DNA of 63,093 nucleotides, the filler included, from Choristocarpus tenellus KU-1152 (taxonomy: Eukaryota > Protista > Phaeophyceae), in the NCBI GenBank assembly GCA_964200185.2. It is 10 parts of 10 records of this genome, joined end to end, with 100 filler letters (N's around TTAATTAATTAA, not from the genome) between each part and the next. Parts side by side here need not be neighbours in the genome. Positions count along the whole stretch, not along the records: positions 8,261 to 13,927 come from CAXNAD020010082.1; positions 14,028 to 20,343 come from CAXNAD020008404.1; positions 20,444 to 32,297 come from CAXNAD020002101.1; 7 more parts are not named here. One strand, given 5' to 3'. How positions within the stretch are numbered: position 1 is the stretch's first letter; every line of letters begins with the position of its first letter. The notes below the pieces were generated by a model. The model ran no database searches. It worked only from the letters and a program-made list of their open reading frames with translations, and was not told where the DNA came from. The position numbers were made by a program, and so were the translations under genes. Positions 12,001-24,590 of this stretch are shown here, one piece after another.

Positions 12001-13714
12001 AATGTCATATTCAAGACTCACGAACTGTCTTGATCTGTACTCAGACTCAGGCAGAACACTTTAAAACATCATTAAGAATACCCGTAACCCTAAACCAGAA
12101 AAATAGGAGGGAGGCATATCCTGAAGAGGGTCCTCTCAATACACCCATCCCACACACAGGAATAAACGCACAATACCTCCAAACAGCAAATGTCCTGTGC
12201 TGCAAAGCGCTAAAATTTAAAAAAAATCTGGACACATACTGTTTGAGGGTATTTTAAAGGTTCACAGTCTGCATTCAGTCAATAAGAAGATAAGTTTCAA
12301 ACACTACCAAGTACTACACATAAATAAAGAGAGTTTTAAAAGCAGAACAGTTATATTTTTAAAACGACGACACGGGTTCTTAGGCGTTCACACACAACAA
12401 CCTCAGACCCATTCAGCAACACCCCTTACTCATACTAGCTCTTCATCATCTTCTTCAAAAGAGTTCACCGAAACCCACTGCTAATAACAAACCTACCGCT
12501 AATAACAAACATACTTCGACCCAAATATCGTCCCTACCAACACCTCCACAAGGTGCCAGCAGGTAAGGGGGGGATTGTGCATGCCTTCTGCCACAGCACA
12601 CACTTTGTAGCAATTATTGTTACCCTTCCCCATCTATCATGAACTCCATCCTCACCTCCAATTGCGTCGACAGATGCGAAGCCTTCCTGCTGTCTCTGTG
12701 AGCACCCTTTCAATATACACCAGGCTCATGATCACGCAGTCCTTCTCCAGCTGTGCAGTCTTGTACACATGCATGAAGAACCTAAGCACCTGCGCCCCGC
12801 CCCACCCCCACCCCCACCCCCACCCCCACCCCCAAGGTCAACCCAATGATCATTGGTGATACCATGATGGGAAGCAGTGCAGTGAAAGTGGACAAGAAAG
12901 ACAAGAGTACATGGACCATGACCAGGGGGCAGAGCAAAACAAATGGGGTTTGTGTCACAAGGTGATGGAAATTTCGGATGGGCTAGGGGGGGGAACATCA
13001 AGAACTTTAGAGCCGGTCGCCTGCAAAGATTTTTGGTGCCATGTAATGACCTACACTAATGATTGTCTATGACACACCATACACACATGCATAACATCTA
13101 CATGTACATGAGATTTTCCTGGACTAGGCCTGGTTCACCCACACATGTTACAAACATGATCCCCTAACCCTAATCCCAGACAGGAACGGGAGGGACAGAC
13201 ACAACACACAAGAATAATAATCTTCCTCACACCCCAAACAGCATGCCTCAGAAAAACCAGACCACAAGAGCACATTCCTGAAGTCCAGTTACAGATACAG
13301 ATACAGTTACAGTTACATCGCCTTCCAACACCACAGGGACAGTCGCACAGAACAAGCCCTGCAACACCTTGGAACTTCCCAGTAGCAGAACAACAAACTT
13401 TAAACCTAAAGAGATTGAAACATCACAATCAAGCACCCAAAAAGGTATGCTCGCACCTCATCATATGTTGGAGGTTCCTCCCCCATCCCACTGTCATGGC
13501 CAAAGCCCTGGCTTCCATTGCCACATTGATTACACCCCTGTCGCATCCCACACACCCCTTTACCTCCCCCCACCCCTGGCCACCCTGTGTACTGACCCTC
13601 CCCTACTGGAATGTCCATCTCAGGAAGGTCATTGAAGATAGAGAAGCGGCGGTCAATGTACCAGTTGACAGCACAGCCCTCACAGATGTGATGGTGCAAG
13701 ACCAAGCAGGTGAC
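9009..13714 (-). CDS. CCNY-like: Cyclin Y-like protein (5'-partial, 7 exons)
   Basis: Phase-consistent exons 13457-13714, 12656-12789, 11445-11501, 10233-10352 (GC donor), 9812-9988, 9541-9615 and 9009-9147. The cyclin box reads VLRFFMHVYKTAQLEKDCVIMSLVYIERV...RNWRSIVLAGLILASKIWDDLSMWNCDFS...INELEVAVLQVLQYNVRVASSLFASYYFRLR. The last three exons and the stop position are less certain. Confidence 0.9.
11765..11811 (+). repeat. Interstitial telomere-like (TTAGGG)n in a cyclin intron
   Basis: About 7 units of GGGTTA. Similar tracts lie at ~31021, ~31127 (CCCTAA), ~55310, ~57335, ~57533 and 60487-60513. Confidence 0.9.
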
Positions 13715-13869
13715 CTAAACATACACAAGACCATACAAAAAGAAGCATTTCACAATGAAACAGCATTTGGGGCACAGGTATGAGAATGGACATGAGCAAT
13801 TAGGTTACTGGGATGAAGATACTATTGCTTACCATGAGTACAAAAAGTCTCTTGCAAGGGGTATGCCCT

Positions 13870-13906
<37 letters not shown>

Positions 13907-15668
13907 CGAAAAAAAAGAAAAAACGAANNNNNNNNNNNNNNNNNNNNNNNNNNNNNNNNNNNNNNNNNNNNTTAATTAATTAANNNNNNNNNNNNNNNNN
14001 NNNNNNNNNNNNNNNNNNNNNNNNNNNCCCCCCCCTCCCAGATACTTTGGGTCTCTTCCTGTGGTTTAGAGTTGACAGGTTATTGGCATTTCCATTGTCA
14101 ACCTTTTCTCTTTTTCTTATGAGTGAATCTCGGTGATTTCGTTTGGACCACTGGAACTCTATTCTCATGATATTTGTTACCTTCGCCCTTGTCTACAACC
14201 TCAAACCCTTCGATGTCCCCATTGTCTACTTTGCCTCCCCTTTCTTTCTTTTTGGTGGAAGTAGAGATATCGTGTCCACGCCCTTTGCTTCCTCTTCTTC
14301 CTCCTCTCCCTCCTCTCTCAGCTCCCCCCTCTCCACCTCCTGTTTCTCCTCTTTGTCGTCCACGTCCGTGACATTCATCAAAGCAAGATCTAGTTTTGGA
14401 CCTTTTTGTGGTAAAACTTCACCTTCTTGTTGCATCCAGTGAGGTGGGATTTTCTATCTGTTCCAATTCCGCCTCCTCGTCAATGTCGCTGGAACCCTTC
14501 ACCCCCTCCACCTCTCTCTCTCATTCTTACTCGTTCTCCTGATTCTACTTCTTCCTCCTTATTCGTCCTCTCCTGATTCTCATCTTCCTCTTTTTACTCC
14601 TCCCCCCTCTCTATGGCTTGACCTTCGGAACCTGAAACCACTGTGTGATCCTTGGTAAAAGTTGACTAGTGTCTAATACATCTGAGAGTGTTAACAAGAC
14701 CCGAAGATCGTGATTCAAATTGTCAGGATTTAAGTCTGTGCCTAGCATGGTACAGGTTCCAATGCATCCCCTGGGCCTGAATAAGCAACTTGGTTCTTTG
14801 TGCTGTTAGATGGACGTTGCAGGTTTTACATAGGAGTTCACCCTCCTGATGTACCACAGTTTTAGTGCCTCCCAGGGTGATGGTGATGATGCATGTAGCC
14901 TCACCAGTCCCTAAGCAAGGACACATGAGATGCAGATAAGGAGAGGAAACGATCGTATATTTTATGACTAGATTTTGAAGGCATTTCGCAATTATTGGTG
15001 GACAGAGAAATGTTGAACATCGGTGTACTATGAGGGTAAGAGATATGTGGGTACCAAGCACCTTAAATTTACTAGCATCATAGGCAGATCAAAAGCAATT
15101 GTGTGTATGGGCTATTTGGTCAGGGGAGCATTTTAAGGATACTGAGAAAGGGAAAAAAAAGCAATTCTGTACAATTGCAGAAAGATTGTTTGCTGAATTG
15201 TGGTGCTACTTTGTGTGCAGAGTGGGGGAATATCAATTTTGCTTTCACTATTATGCTCATAAAGCAATGGAATAGAGTGTATTGCACAGGGCAAGACAAA
15301 TGGCTTAAAATGCAAGAGGGTACAAACCTGCCAACCTCTCAATTAGTTTGGTCCTTTTCACCCTTTCTTCAAAATTTGAAACGATAAAAATCGCATGTTC
15401 GTATAGTACATGCACAAATCGAAATTAACGCTGAATGTCGTTCAAATTATTCCAGATGGGACAAGCACCATGTAGGAGGGAAAGAACAGACTGAGAAGTC
15501 GGAGTCATACGTTTGTTGATAGGACGTGGAGTGCTTTCTTCTCCTCTTTACCACTCTTCCCCTGTTAACCGCTATTCTCTGTGCACTTCCTCTGCCTTTA
15601 TCCTTCTGCCTCAGCTTCTCCGCGATTTAAACTTCTAACACCGGTATTTTTGATAAACACGTCTTTGA

Positions 15669-15846
15669 GACCCAAAGTGTCTGGGGGGGGGGTTGGGTCT
15701 ACATCGTGGTGTCCATTTGGTCCAAAATCAGGAAAAGTGCATTTACATTATCATTCCGATGTATGCAACCAAATCACCCAAAAATCGCAGCATGAAAAAA
15801 CTGCCCCCAAGTGGACAGCCGCCACCCCCCTCAGATACTTTGAGCC
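15669..15846. mobile_element. MITE family A (~180 bp), complete, TSD TTGA
   Basis: TIRs are close to GGCTCAAAGTATCTGGGGGGG, with TTGA on both flanks. Partial copies sit at contig edges: 1-21, 8145-8160, 14028-14053, 20444-20601, 35029-35069, 38164-38333 and 45871-45934. Confidence 0.9.
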
Positions 15847-17501
15847 TTGAGATGCATCCTTCTCTTACATACATTTTGTAGTAGTTTGTCTGTGTCCACA
15901 AGCAGCCCCCCCTCCTCATCTTTCGTCCTCGAGGCGTCAGACTGGAAACTTTTTCTTATCCTTTGCTCTCTTGCCCCTAATCTTCTTGAGCTTATGGGAA
16001 TTCGTTTCCTTGGTGTTCTTCTTTCTGGCGGTATTGTTCCTCACACCTTGAAGGGTCTTGGAGAACTGCATGAAAGGGGAAGATAGGAATGTGGAAGAGA
16101 TGGGAAATTTATATTGTGAAAGAGGTAAAGTCGTGCACTGAGTATGGTGTGTTGGACATGGATGGCGGAACCTGGGGATACCACTGTAGAAATGAAATGA
16201 ATATACTAAAGGGCAACTTAGACGTTCATTTAGTTATTTGTCCTTTCCAAGGATGTACAGAAGCAATAATGTATCTGTTCGGAGAATATGTAAGCCGTGA
16301 TCTCCACAATACTATCCCAACCATATTTATTTGGCTTGTCTCTGTTGGACCTGAAATTGAATTAATCATGTTTTCTTATTCAGTGACAGGTTGGTAGGGA
16401 AGGGGTGTCATGGCGCAGTGAAACACTGGTAATTTCGTTTTGATGAACCTAGTGACATACTGTTCACAGTCAGAGATTGTTTGGTGTAAGGTTGCGGGTA
16501 TTCCTTGGGCACTGAAAGGAATAAATACATGCTCTGAGTAGAGCCTTGGCACATTGTGAAGGCGGATTTCTGTAGATGTTTTAACTCTGAATATATTTCA
16601 TCCAGTTGTGTATCAGATACACACTTCAGGCAGAGTAAACTCGAAGTCTACGTGGGGTCAAACCCAACCAGAGAAAAAAGAATCATCAACATATGAGAGG
16701 CAATTGATGGTTCTGATGTGAAGAAAACAAAGAAACAAAGAAACAAACTTGAATTCAATATCTGGGATAATTCGTATGACACATGCTTGTATGTTTGACA
16801 GACGTCGACTGTTCCATACTTCCTATGTACCATGATGTTCCAATAATAGCTGATGATGCTGTGATGAGCTAATTATGTAAATGTGAGTAACGACCAGTAC
16901 CGATTTGCGAATCAACGGTCAGTATGCACTGGTAATACTGTATATCGTACGAAGAACAGTCTCCCTTCAAGATCTATATACCCTCGCCTACCAATATATC
17001 CTAAAACAATCCAAAGAAGTATTCTAACCTGATGTATTAGGAGGGCTATAGTAAGAGCAAAATATGTAAGTTTATGGATGATTGAAATGCGAAGAAGTAT
17101 GGGAGATCATCATGAATATTGGAAGTACTGCGTGCCAATGACTGAGTTGAAGGTTGCCTGAGGTACATGAAATATTTGCACTCTGACAGACATAGCACGA
17201 AGACACAGGAGTTAATGTACCCGATATTGATGCGGAGGATGAGGTCACCTGGTCCCTGTGCTTGAGGGTGAACCCACCGCTGTCCTTAAACGTCTTTTGT
17301 GTCACATCTGGATAGCATCTCGGTTAACGAGTAGACGTTCAAAAAGTCAAAATGTTCCTGCTGAGGGATGATGCAATAGATGAGAAAAGCAGGGTGTAGA
17401 TGAGTACGTAGAGTCAGAGCAGAAGAAAAGGTAGCGGATGTTCAAACCTGTAACAGGGAGTCATATACCACAAATCCATCAACTGACAGACTGGTAAGAA
17501 A

Positions 17502-18130
17502 CTACAGGCCAGGTGAGTTGGCTGGCTGGGTCTCTGCCACAATGTCGTACCCTGCCGCCTCCTCGATTGCCTCCATGATCTTGGTTTGTGGCCTTACCCC
17601 GCCCTGCTGCACGAAGATGGTGTGTCCTTCTGGCCTAGGCATGCCGGCCTTGATTGCCAAAATGATATCCTCGATCATGAGCTTCTTATACTTCTCCTCG
17701 TTCACCGTGGATGACACAAGCACCTCATTGCCCTTAGGGCGGTGTTTGCTGGAGCGCTGAGCGACCTTAATGTTTACGATTGGCCAGATCCCGATTTTCC
17801 CATCGAACAACACTGCATTGGAGAGCTTCCTAGGGCGGCACACAGTTGCAAGGAACATCGCCTTAGTAGTGTATCACTTATTCTGTACCTGTGGGGTGGG
17901 CGTCCTCAGTGGGGTTCAGGTACACACCTTGTTCATCTTTGAGGATGTAAAACCGCTTATTGTCCACATGCACCCAGTCATATAGGCCATCAACTAATAC
18001 CCCACTTCCCCCCCTCCTGTGTGTGTGGATGATGACGAAACTCACCTTGTTGACATTCTGTTGGTTTGAAAATAGGCTTAATCCATCGCTTGACCTTCTT
18101 ATTAACCTTCTCGCGCTTGCACAGACCCCA
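17502..18130 (-). pseudogene. Degenerate Tc1/mariner (plant-mariner-like) transposase
   Basis: LYDWVHVDNKRFYILKD; MFLATVCRPR...FDGKIGIWPIV..KVAQRSSKHRPKG...IFVQQGGVRPQ...TQPANSPGL. Catalytic Asp positions are degraded and the frame is broken. Confidence 0.9.
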
Positions 18131-20184
18131 CAACAAGGTAAGGGAGACCCCAGCTTTGGCCGCACATTTGTGGAAGGATATGCTGGGACACCCCAGACGT
18201 AGAGAATACTTGTACTACTGCTGTTGAAACATAGGTTACGCATCTTTTGTGTTATTGAAACTATACACTATTACCGGATCGTTACTCACCATGTACATAA
18301 TTGATAACACACTAAAAATACTATAAAAATGCTATAGAAATAAAAATACATTTTAGGATCATGGATTATCGTTGGAATCCCATGGTAAATAGCGAGTATG
18401 AAACAGTCGACATCTCTCAAAAACAGAAGTGCAGTGTGTGTCATACGAGTTGTATCAAGTATTGATTCAAGTTTGTGTCTTTTTTTTGTTACATGTTGTA
18501 TCTTATAAAACGTTTCTTCTCTTTTCTTTGGTTGTCCTTTCCCCACTTAAGTACCGAACTCACTCTGCACTAAGTGTACCAGATACACAACTGGATGTTA
18601 TATATTCAGAGTTAAACTATCCACAAAACCCTTTGTACAAGAGAACACGATTCGTTCATCCCAAGGTTTCAACAGGTTGTGAGCCTCACACGAATCCCCT
18701 TCACATCGTCCCTTGTGATGTCGTCCAAGGTCCATGCATTTGCCCCAGGCGATCTGGCTGTCACATCCCTTCAGATTATGGTACACGGAGATTGGGGAAA
18801 TTCCAAAGTCCTCCGAGGCATCTTAGTCTCACACCCTCTCGCATTGAGGCATTGCGCCACCACGCTGTTCATTGTCGGGGTGTTTGAGTCTGGACCCTGG
18901 AGGGACTTCTGGACTGAACAATTGGGACCGACAGGCAATGACGGGATGAGCAAGTCGCTCGAATGACGAGGGGCCTTCATTGTAGGCATCCCAGTGAATA
19001 CCAGTTTCACAGTTTCACAAGGTTTTTGAACCCTTTCAAGTGTGACCTGGTTGACTTTGCACTGGTGATCCTCCACAGTCATGACAGCCCAATCTATACG
19101 AGAACTAAGCTTTGTCGAGAGGGTTTATCATGTGGGTTGTTCCCAGGTGAGAACGGAGCTTACAAAAGTTCTGCTACATTTAATTCTGAACGGAGGAAGT
19201 ATGGCATAATGTCATTTGTAATTTTTTTTAACTCAACCTGGAGACTGCATATCCAAATAGATAACATATGTTACAGACGCCCCTCGGAACTCACCTCCAC
19301 GGGAAGCACAACTCAAATCCAATTCATAGATTAAAGCATGTCAGCTCAGCAGAACAGTAGTACTCTCAGGTGGATCAAGTAGCACAAGGAAGGTGTGTAT
19401 ATCGATATCAGTTAAGAGAGAACAACGAAAAACTGAATAGGTGGGTCCTCTAGGTCAGAAGAACTGAGCCGTTTGGAGCCGTTTTTAGGATCTGTTATCA
19501 TCATTTATCGTTGGGGCTTCTTCTGGTTTACAGACATTGGAATATATCTGAGAACCTTTGCGACCTTTCCATCTGGGACCCTTTGCGACTTTCCCGAGTT
19601 ATAGATTTTATTCTGCAACTTTTTGGCAAATCGAAATTCCCCCTTTTGGGGTTCCCCACGCGCGTATACTGCTCGCGTCGGTTAAAGCGCGGGAAGAAAT
19701 ACTCACGCTATTCGCCTGTAATACATATGTACAAGAATCAGCAATGTCGGAGATAGGGATGCCGTGGATGCCACGAGAACGTATTTAACAGTGGCGCGAT
19801 TCTCGTTGTCTCTAAGTCAATCTCTTCAATCCTCACACGCATGGCGCACATCATCAGGTGCCTGAGTTGCTCCCGGGCGAATATTGTGCAGATGAATAGA
19901 AGATAACATAACTAGCTGTAGGGCGATCAGATACATAAGAGGGAGAGGAATTAGTGCCTCTCTCTCTTTATTGGTATTGAGCGATCAAATTGAAGTTATG
20001 AGTTTGAAGAACAATATATCGAACCTTACGAAATATTGTTGTCAAAGCATCTGGAAATGATCCAAACTTCTATCGTACCTTTTTCATACAGGTATTCAGT
20101 AAGAGTGAGGAACAGTGCAGCTTATAGTCCGGATATATCCCACCACAAATTCGATATTTTTTTTATTATTAATCTCCCCACAAA

Positions 20185-20343
20185 GTGGAAAGCATGTTTG
20201 TCTGTTGTTATACCGTTATTGCCTTATGTCATGTACCGCTGTACCGATTGAGGTTCCTTGTCAAGCATCCATGATTCCACTGGCGGACCTTCCGTCAGAA
20301 TGAAACCATGGAATCTCTTCACGAGACCAATCTCACAGACTTG
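20185..20343 (+). mobile_element. End of long-TIR element family C (truncated by contig break)
   Basis: GTGGAAAGCATGTTTGTCTG...GTACCGATTGAGGTTCCTTGTCAAGCATCC matches 44420-44650 and the reverse complement of 45330-45484. Confidence 0.85.
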
Positions 20344-21233
20344 NNNNNNNNNNNNNNNNNNNNNNNNNNNNNNNNNNNNNNNNNNNNTTAATTAATTAAN
20401 NNNNNNNNNNNNNNNNNNNNNNNNNNNNNNNNNNNNNNNNNNNGGTCTACACCAGGGTATCCATTCAGGCCCTAACCAGGAGAAGAGCACTTACTTACAT
20501 CATACATGTGACAAATGTGAACAAATTAACCAAAAATCGCGACATGGAAAAATGGGCCCCGAATGAACAGCCGCCACCCCCCCCCCCAGAAACTTTGAGC
20601 CTTACTAGGATGCTTCCAATCTCGCAACTTCCCCAACCTTCCAAGTCTTACAACAATAACAAAACTTAATTTGTTTATATTTATCAGACGCGACTGGCAT
20701 TAGTCATTCTTGAGTGTGTACCCCGGAACTGAGGGGGTACTCTGTGGGTGTGGTTAGGCAGGCGTATTTGTGTGAGACTGCTTCAACTTACAGAGTGGTT
20801 AAAGATTTTCCAATAGAGTTAAGCCAGGGCCTCTGTATTATAGAAAGCAGTCTTTCAACAATTGAACATTTGCGAACCAAAATTGTTATACTCCGTGGAT
20901 CTACTGCTCTCATCCATTGCAAGCCACTTAGAATGTTGAAGGGAATAGTAGTCTCTCAGCCCAGGAGGCACTAGTGCCCCGGCAAGAGTGACCACACTTT
21001 GAAGCAGATTTAAACCAGGCAAGGGATGAAGGCTAAGTAGTTGTTTCTTCCTCCATCCCCGAACAACGGGCAAACATCTGTGATAGAGCTGGCATTCGGT
21101 ACAGAGACTACACTCTACCACACACATTTTCGATTCTTTCTTAACACTCTGCAGAGGATATAGCGTGGTGTATGACTTCATGCACGGAAGCCTGTTCTGC
21201 ACCAGTTCCTGTTACGACTTGGGGCCCCCTCAC

Positions 21234-23336
21234 CACATCTTTAGCGTCTGGCTGTGCCCCAGCTTGAAGCAGTGATCTGCATATGTTGGTGGCACCGGCC
21301 AAAGCTGCTAAGTGAAGGGGCGTGTGAAGTTGTGCCTGTCCTGAAGGCGAAAAGTAAAGGAGGATAAAGAAAGCATACTCAGATCAGTATGCCGAAAGTG
21401 AAGAGATTGGCATGGCCTATAAAAAATTCGTTTCAGTCTGAACAATACAGCACATGTGTACGTTCACCCAAGTGCACTACTTGACGATATCTCCTGCCTG
21501 TGCTGTTAGCAAGAAATGAGGGTTCACCTTGGTAATACACACAACGTTCCCCCCCTGTTCTAATAAGAGTCTTGTGCACCCCTCATGGCCTGATTGGGCT
21601 GCAAAATGTAGCGGTCTCCAACCTTTCTGCCATGAGGAATAAAAGGGTTTTTCAACTGAATGATGTATGAAGACCTAACTAAAGGCATTCGTTCATATCT
21701 CATCCATTTCCATCCTGTATATAGAAGCAGGATAACAACAAATGATGGCAAGTAAAATATGAACAATGAATTGTCAGTTCTGAGGTGGGAGATTTAGGAT
21801 CACTAGACTCATATTCACAGACGAGGCTGAGAGTGATTGGTGTAATTGCAAGTTAAGCTGCACAGGTCCCAATGGCTCCTGAGTTGGTACAGGACCAATG
21901 AGTGGTTTTATCATCACTCTTTTATCTCAATACCATTGGTGTAGCAAAACCCTCCAAAGTCTCAAGTACAGCCATCAGGCTCACCATGTGAGTCCAACTA
22001 GTCTAATCTCACACCTCAGCTCTGAGGATTTCCGGTTTCCGGATTCCTTTGCAAAACCGTTCAATATTCCCACACCCTTGCCAAAAGTGTAAGTCAATGC
22101 AATCCCCACACATACTTTCAGCAAGAATGTAAAGGGGTGCCTGGTTGTATGCATGCCATGTCTCGCCTTTGTCTGGGCCTCTATCAAAGCTCCACGTTCT
22201 ATCATCACTCTTAATAAGCTACTGTTCCCGTAGATGCATGCAAGATGCACTGGTGTCCAGTTTTGCTGCAACAAGGGAGAAGATCAAGCACAATAAGAGC
22301 ACGGTTATGTTTCTCGCAGTAAGAATTATGTTAGCATGGTCAACGTATTATCATGGTCTGAAAAACCCTGCCCTTGCCAACCCATTCACATCACAGATTT
22401 GCTGATGGCACATTATTGGATGTAAGTCCGATCAACACTTGATGGTCTATTTGTATCGACTCTAATATAGGGCCAGGAAGGCGTAGGCCACGTAGGTGTT
22501 GCAAGGAAATATCACCCAAAAGTGAGTTTGTGCTGAAATCAAATTTGGTTCATTATTCTTGAGCTAGCTCTACAGTTTGATACAATATTGATGGCCTAAG
22601 TTGTATTAATAAATCTCAACACTCCAACTTCCTCGAAACAATCTGCCAAAGAGCACGACTAATACTATTACCACGGCTCTCGATCCCAGTCGCCAGGAGA
22701 TTTCATTATCAACGGGAAGGAATCAGGAGTTTAGGAGGGAATGCTAGGAATACCTAAAAGAATGAGTTGTTTTACAAGTCGTAGAGGTTCCAAAACCAAT
22801 TACCTCGTCTGTGGCGTTGACGTCGAAGCCATCTTCGTCCAGCATTTTCACTGCCTGCTCTGGGCGTATTGCAGCTGCCAAGCTCCCGAAAAAAGGTCGG
22901 TGGATCGGTTGGCCTGCGATCCAAGTAGAAAATCGTATGCAACATACCATTTACCTTAGCAGGATAAGTTGAGAGTCACTATGCTTTCTCGTGAAGCACA
23001 AACTTTCCCCTGCCTTGCTTTGGAACTATAGGGTCTGCCAGAATTGTTGTTGACACCCGCAAATTTGGTGGGTCAAGTGAAAAAGGACTAACAAACAACT
23101 CACTCACGCCAATAGACTGGTCTCCCGCATGTGACGCATCTCCTGTTGTGCTCATTGTTGAGGCGATTGCAACAATGACATGACCAAGGTGATGTCGGCA
23201 ACGTCCCTGGAGTCGATGTTGGAGTGGATGGTTCTCGTTCGGTCAATTCTGACGATAACACTGAAGAATGTGTTCGGTGTGTGGAAGACGTTGTTCGGTT
23301 TCGTGAGTTCTCCAGAAGCATTATTTGATCTTGCAT
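21234..23336 (-). CDS. RanBP2-type zinc finger + ankyrin-repeat protein (ends uncertain)
   Basis: Exons: 23108-23336 (WSCHCCNRLNNEHNRRCVTCGRP = W-x-C-x2-C-x3-N-x6-C-x2-C); 22804-22913 (...MLDEDGFDVNATDE); 22167-22265 (QNWTPVHLACIYGNSSLLRVMIERGALIEAQTK, GC donor); 21234-21335 (AQLHTPLHLAALAGATNICRSLLQAGAQPDAKDV). Intron phases are consistent. Confidence 0.85.
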
Positions 23337-23916
23337 TTTCCTTGGGTAGTAATGGAGTAGGCTCCACCACGTTGACTTCTCGAGGAATGATTATTGTGCG
23401 ACACTGGAAACTTCAAGGGAGAAGGTATTTTGTCGTTTCGCTATAATGTTTGCTTTGTTTGTAGAAGAGTTGTGATTTAGGCTACAAGGTATTCTGTAGC
23501 GCTACAGGGTCTGCTTGTTGGTGTGTGCCTCCTTTCAACCACTCCATCTACCCACTACAACAAGCTTCTCTCTTCCCTTCCCGTGTGTCCAGGTTACCCA
23601 TCTGCTCGATTATCATGTTATTCTGTATTTTCCTTACTCGGGTTTCAATATTAGCCCACGAAAAAGCTGTATTTACTCTGCGCCATGATAACATAGTTTC
23701 ACGTCGTTTGAATCCTTGCTATGGACTTTCTTCTGTAAATACATGTTTTTATATCTACTTCAGTCAGTCGATTAACTGCATGCTTGACACTTAAAATCAA
23801 ACTACTCCCCTACGATTTCATTTGGGTTTCTACTTCCGCCCTACATGTTGCAGTGGTCTATACTTTAAGGTCGTTGTTCCTAATCTCTCATATCATGTTT
23901 ACGCCCAACAAGCCAG

Positions 23917-24590
23917 ATGAGGGTGGTCATACAGAGGGTGAAAGAGGCTTCGGTCGTGGTGGATGGATGGGTTGTGAGCGAGATTGGAAAGGGGATTATG
24001 TGTCTGGTTGGGATCTCGGAAGACGACGGCCCAGCAGAGGCAGAGTGGATGTGCCGACAAGTACTCGCAGCCAAGCTGTTCCCAGGGATTGGCGAGGAGA
24101 ACGCGGAGAAAATGTGGAGATCAAGTGTTAAGCAGAACAACTACGAGGTTCTTCTGGTATCACAGGTGTGTCTAAGATTTCTGCAAATAATGGATGTCAG
24201 ATGCGAGAAAAAGAAGGTGGTTGTGCGACTGTGACCTTTCACCTCCCATTCTGCGCACTTCTCCCTTCATAGTTCACTCTAAGTGGACGTGTATGCAAGA
24301 AAGGCGGAAAGGTTGACTTCACCGGCTCAATGCGACCGGATGCAGCACACACATATTACCAAAAGTTTGTTGATAGGATAAGGGCAGCACATGAGCCAGG
24401 ACTGGTCAAAGATGGCGTGTTTGGGGCAAAAATGGAAGTACCCTTAACAAATGACGGACCTGTTACTATCATCGTGGACTCTAAAGAAATGAAGGGGAAG
24501 GCAACTAAAGGAGCGGACGGTAGCAAGGGAGTCAGGGCAATGGGGAGTGGCTTGAATGGTGAAATAGAAGATGATAAAGATGTGCTCTGA
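23917..24590 (+). CDS. DTD1: D-aminoacyl-tRNA deacylase (DTD1 family), 188 aa, 2 exons
   Basis: Exons 23917-24165 and 24273-24590 flank a 107-nt GT-AG intron. Motifs: MRVVIQRV, VSQ|FTL, GVFGAKMEV and NDGPVT (Gly-cisPro). Confidence 0.96.

Noticed and set aside
14028-15061. Acidic ORF plus CxxC fragment as a gene
   Set aside because: It has multiple stops and no consistent splice structure; it is probably TE debris but cannot be assigned.
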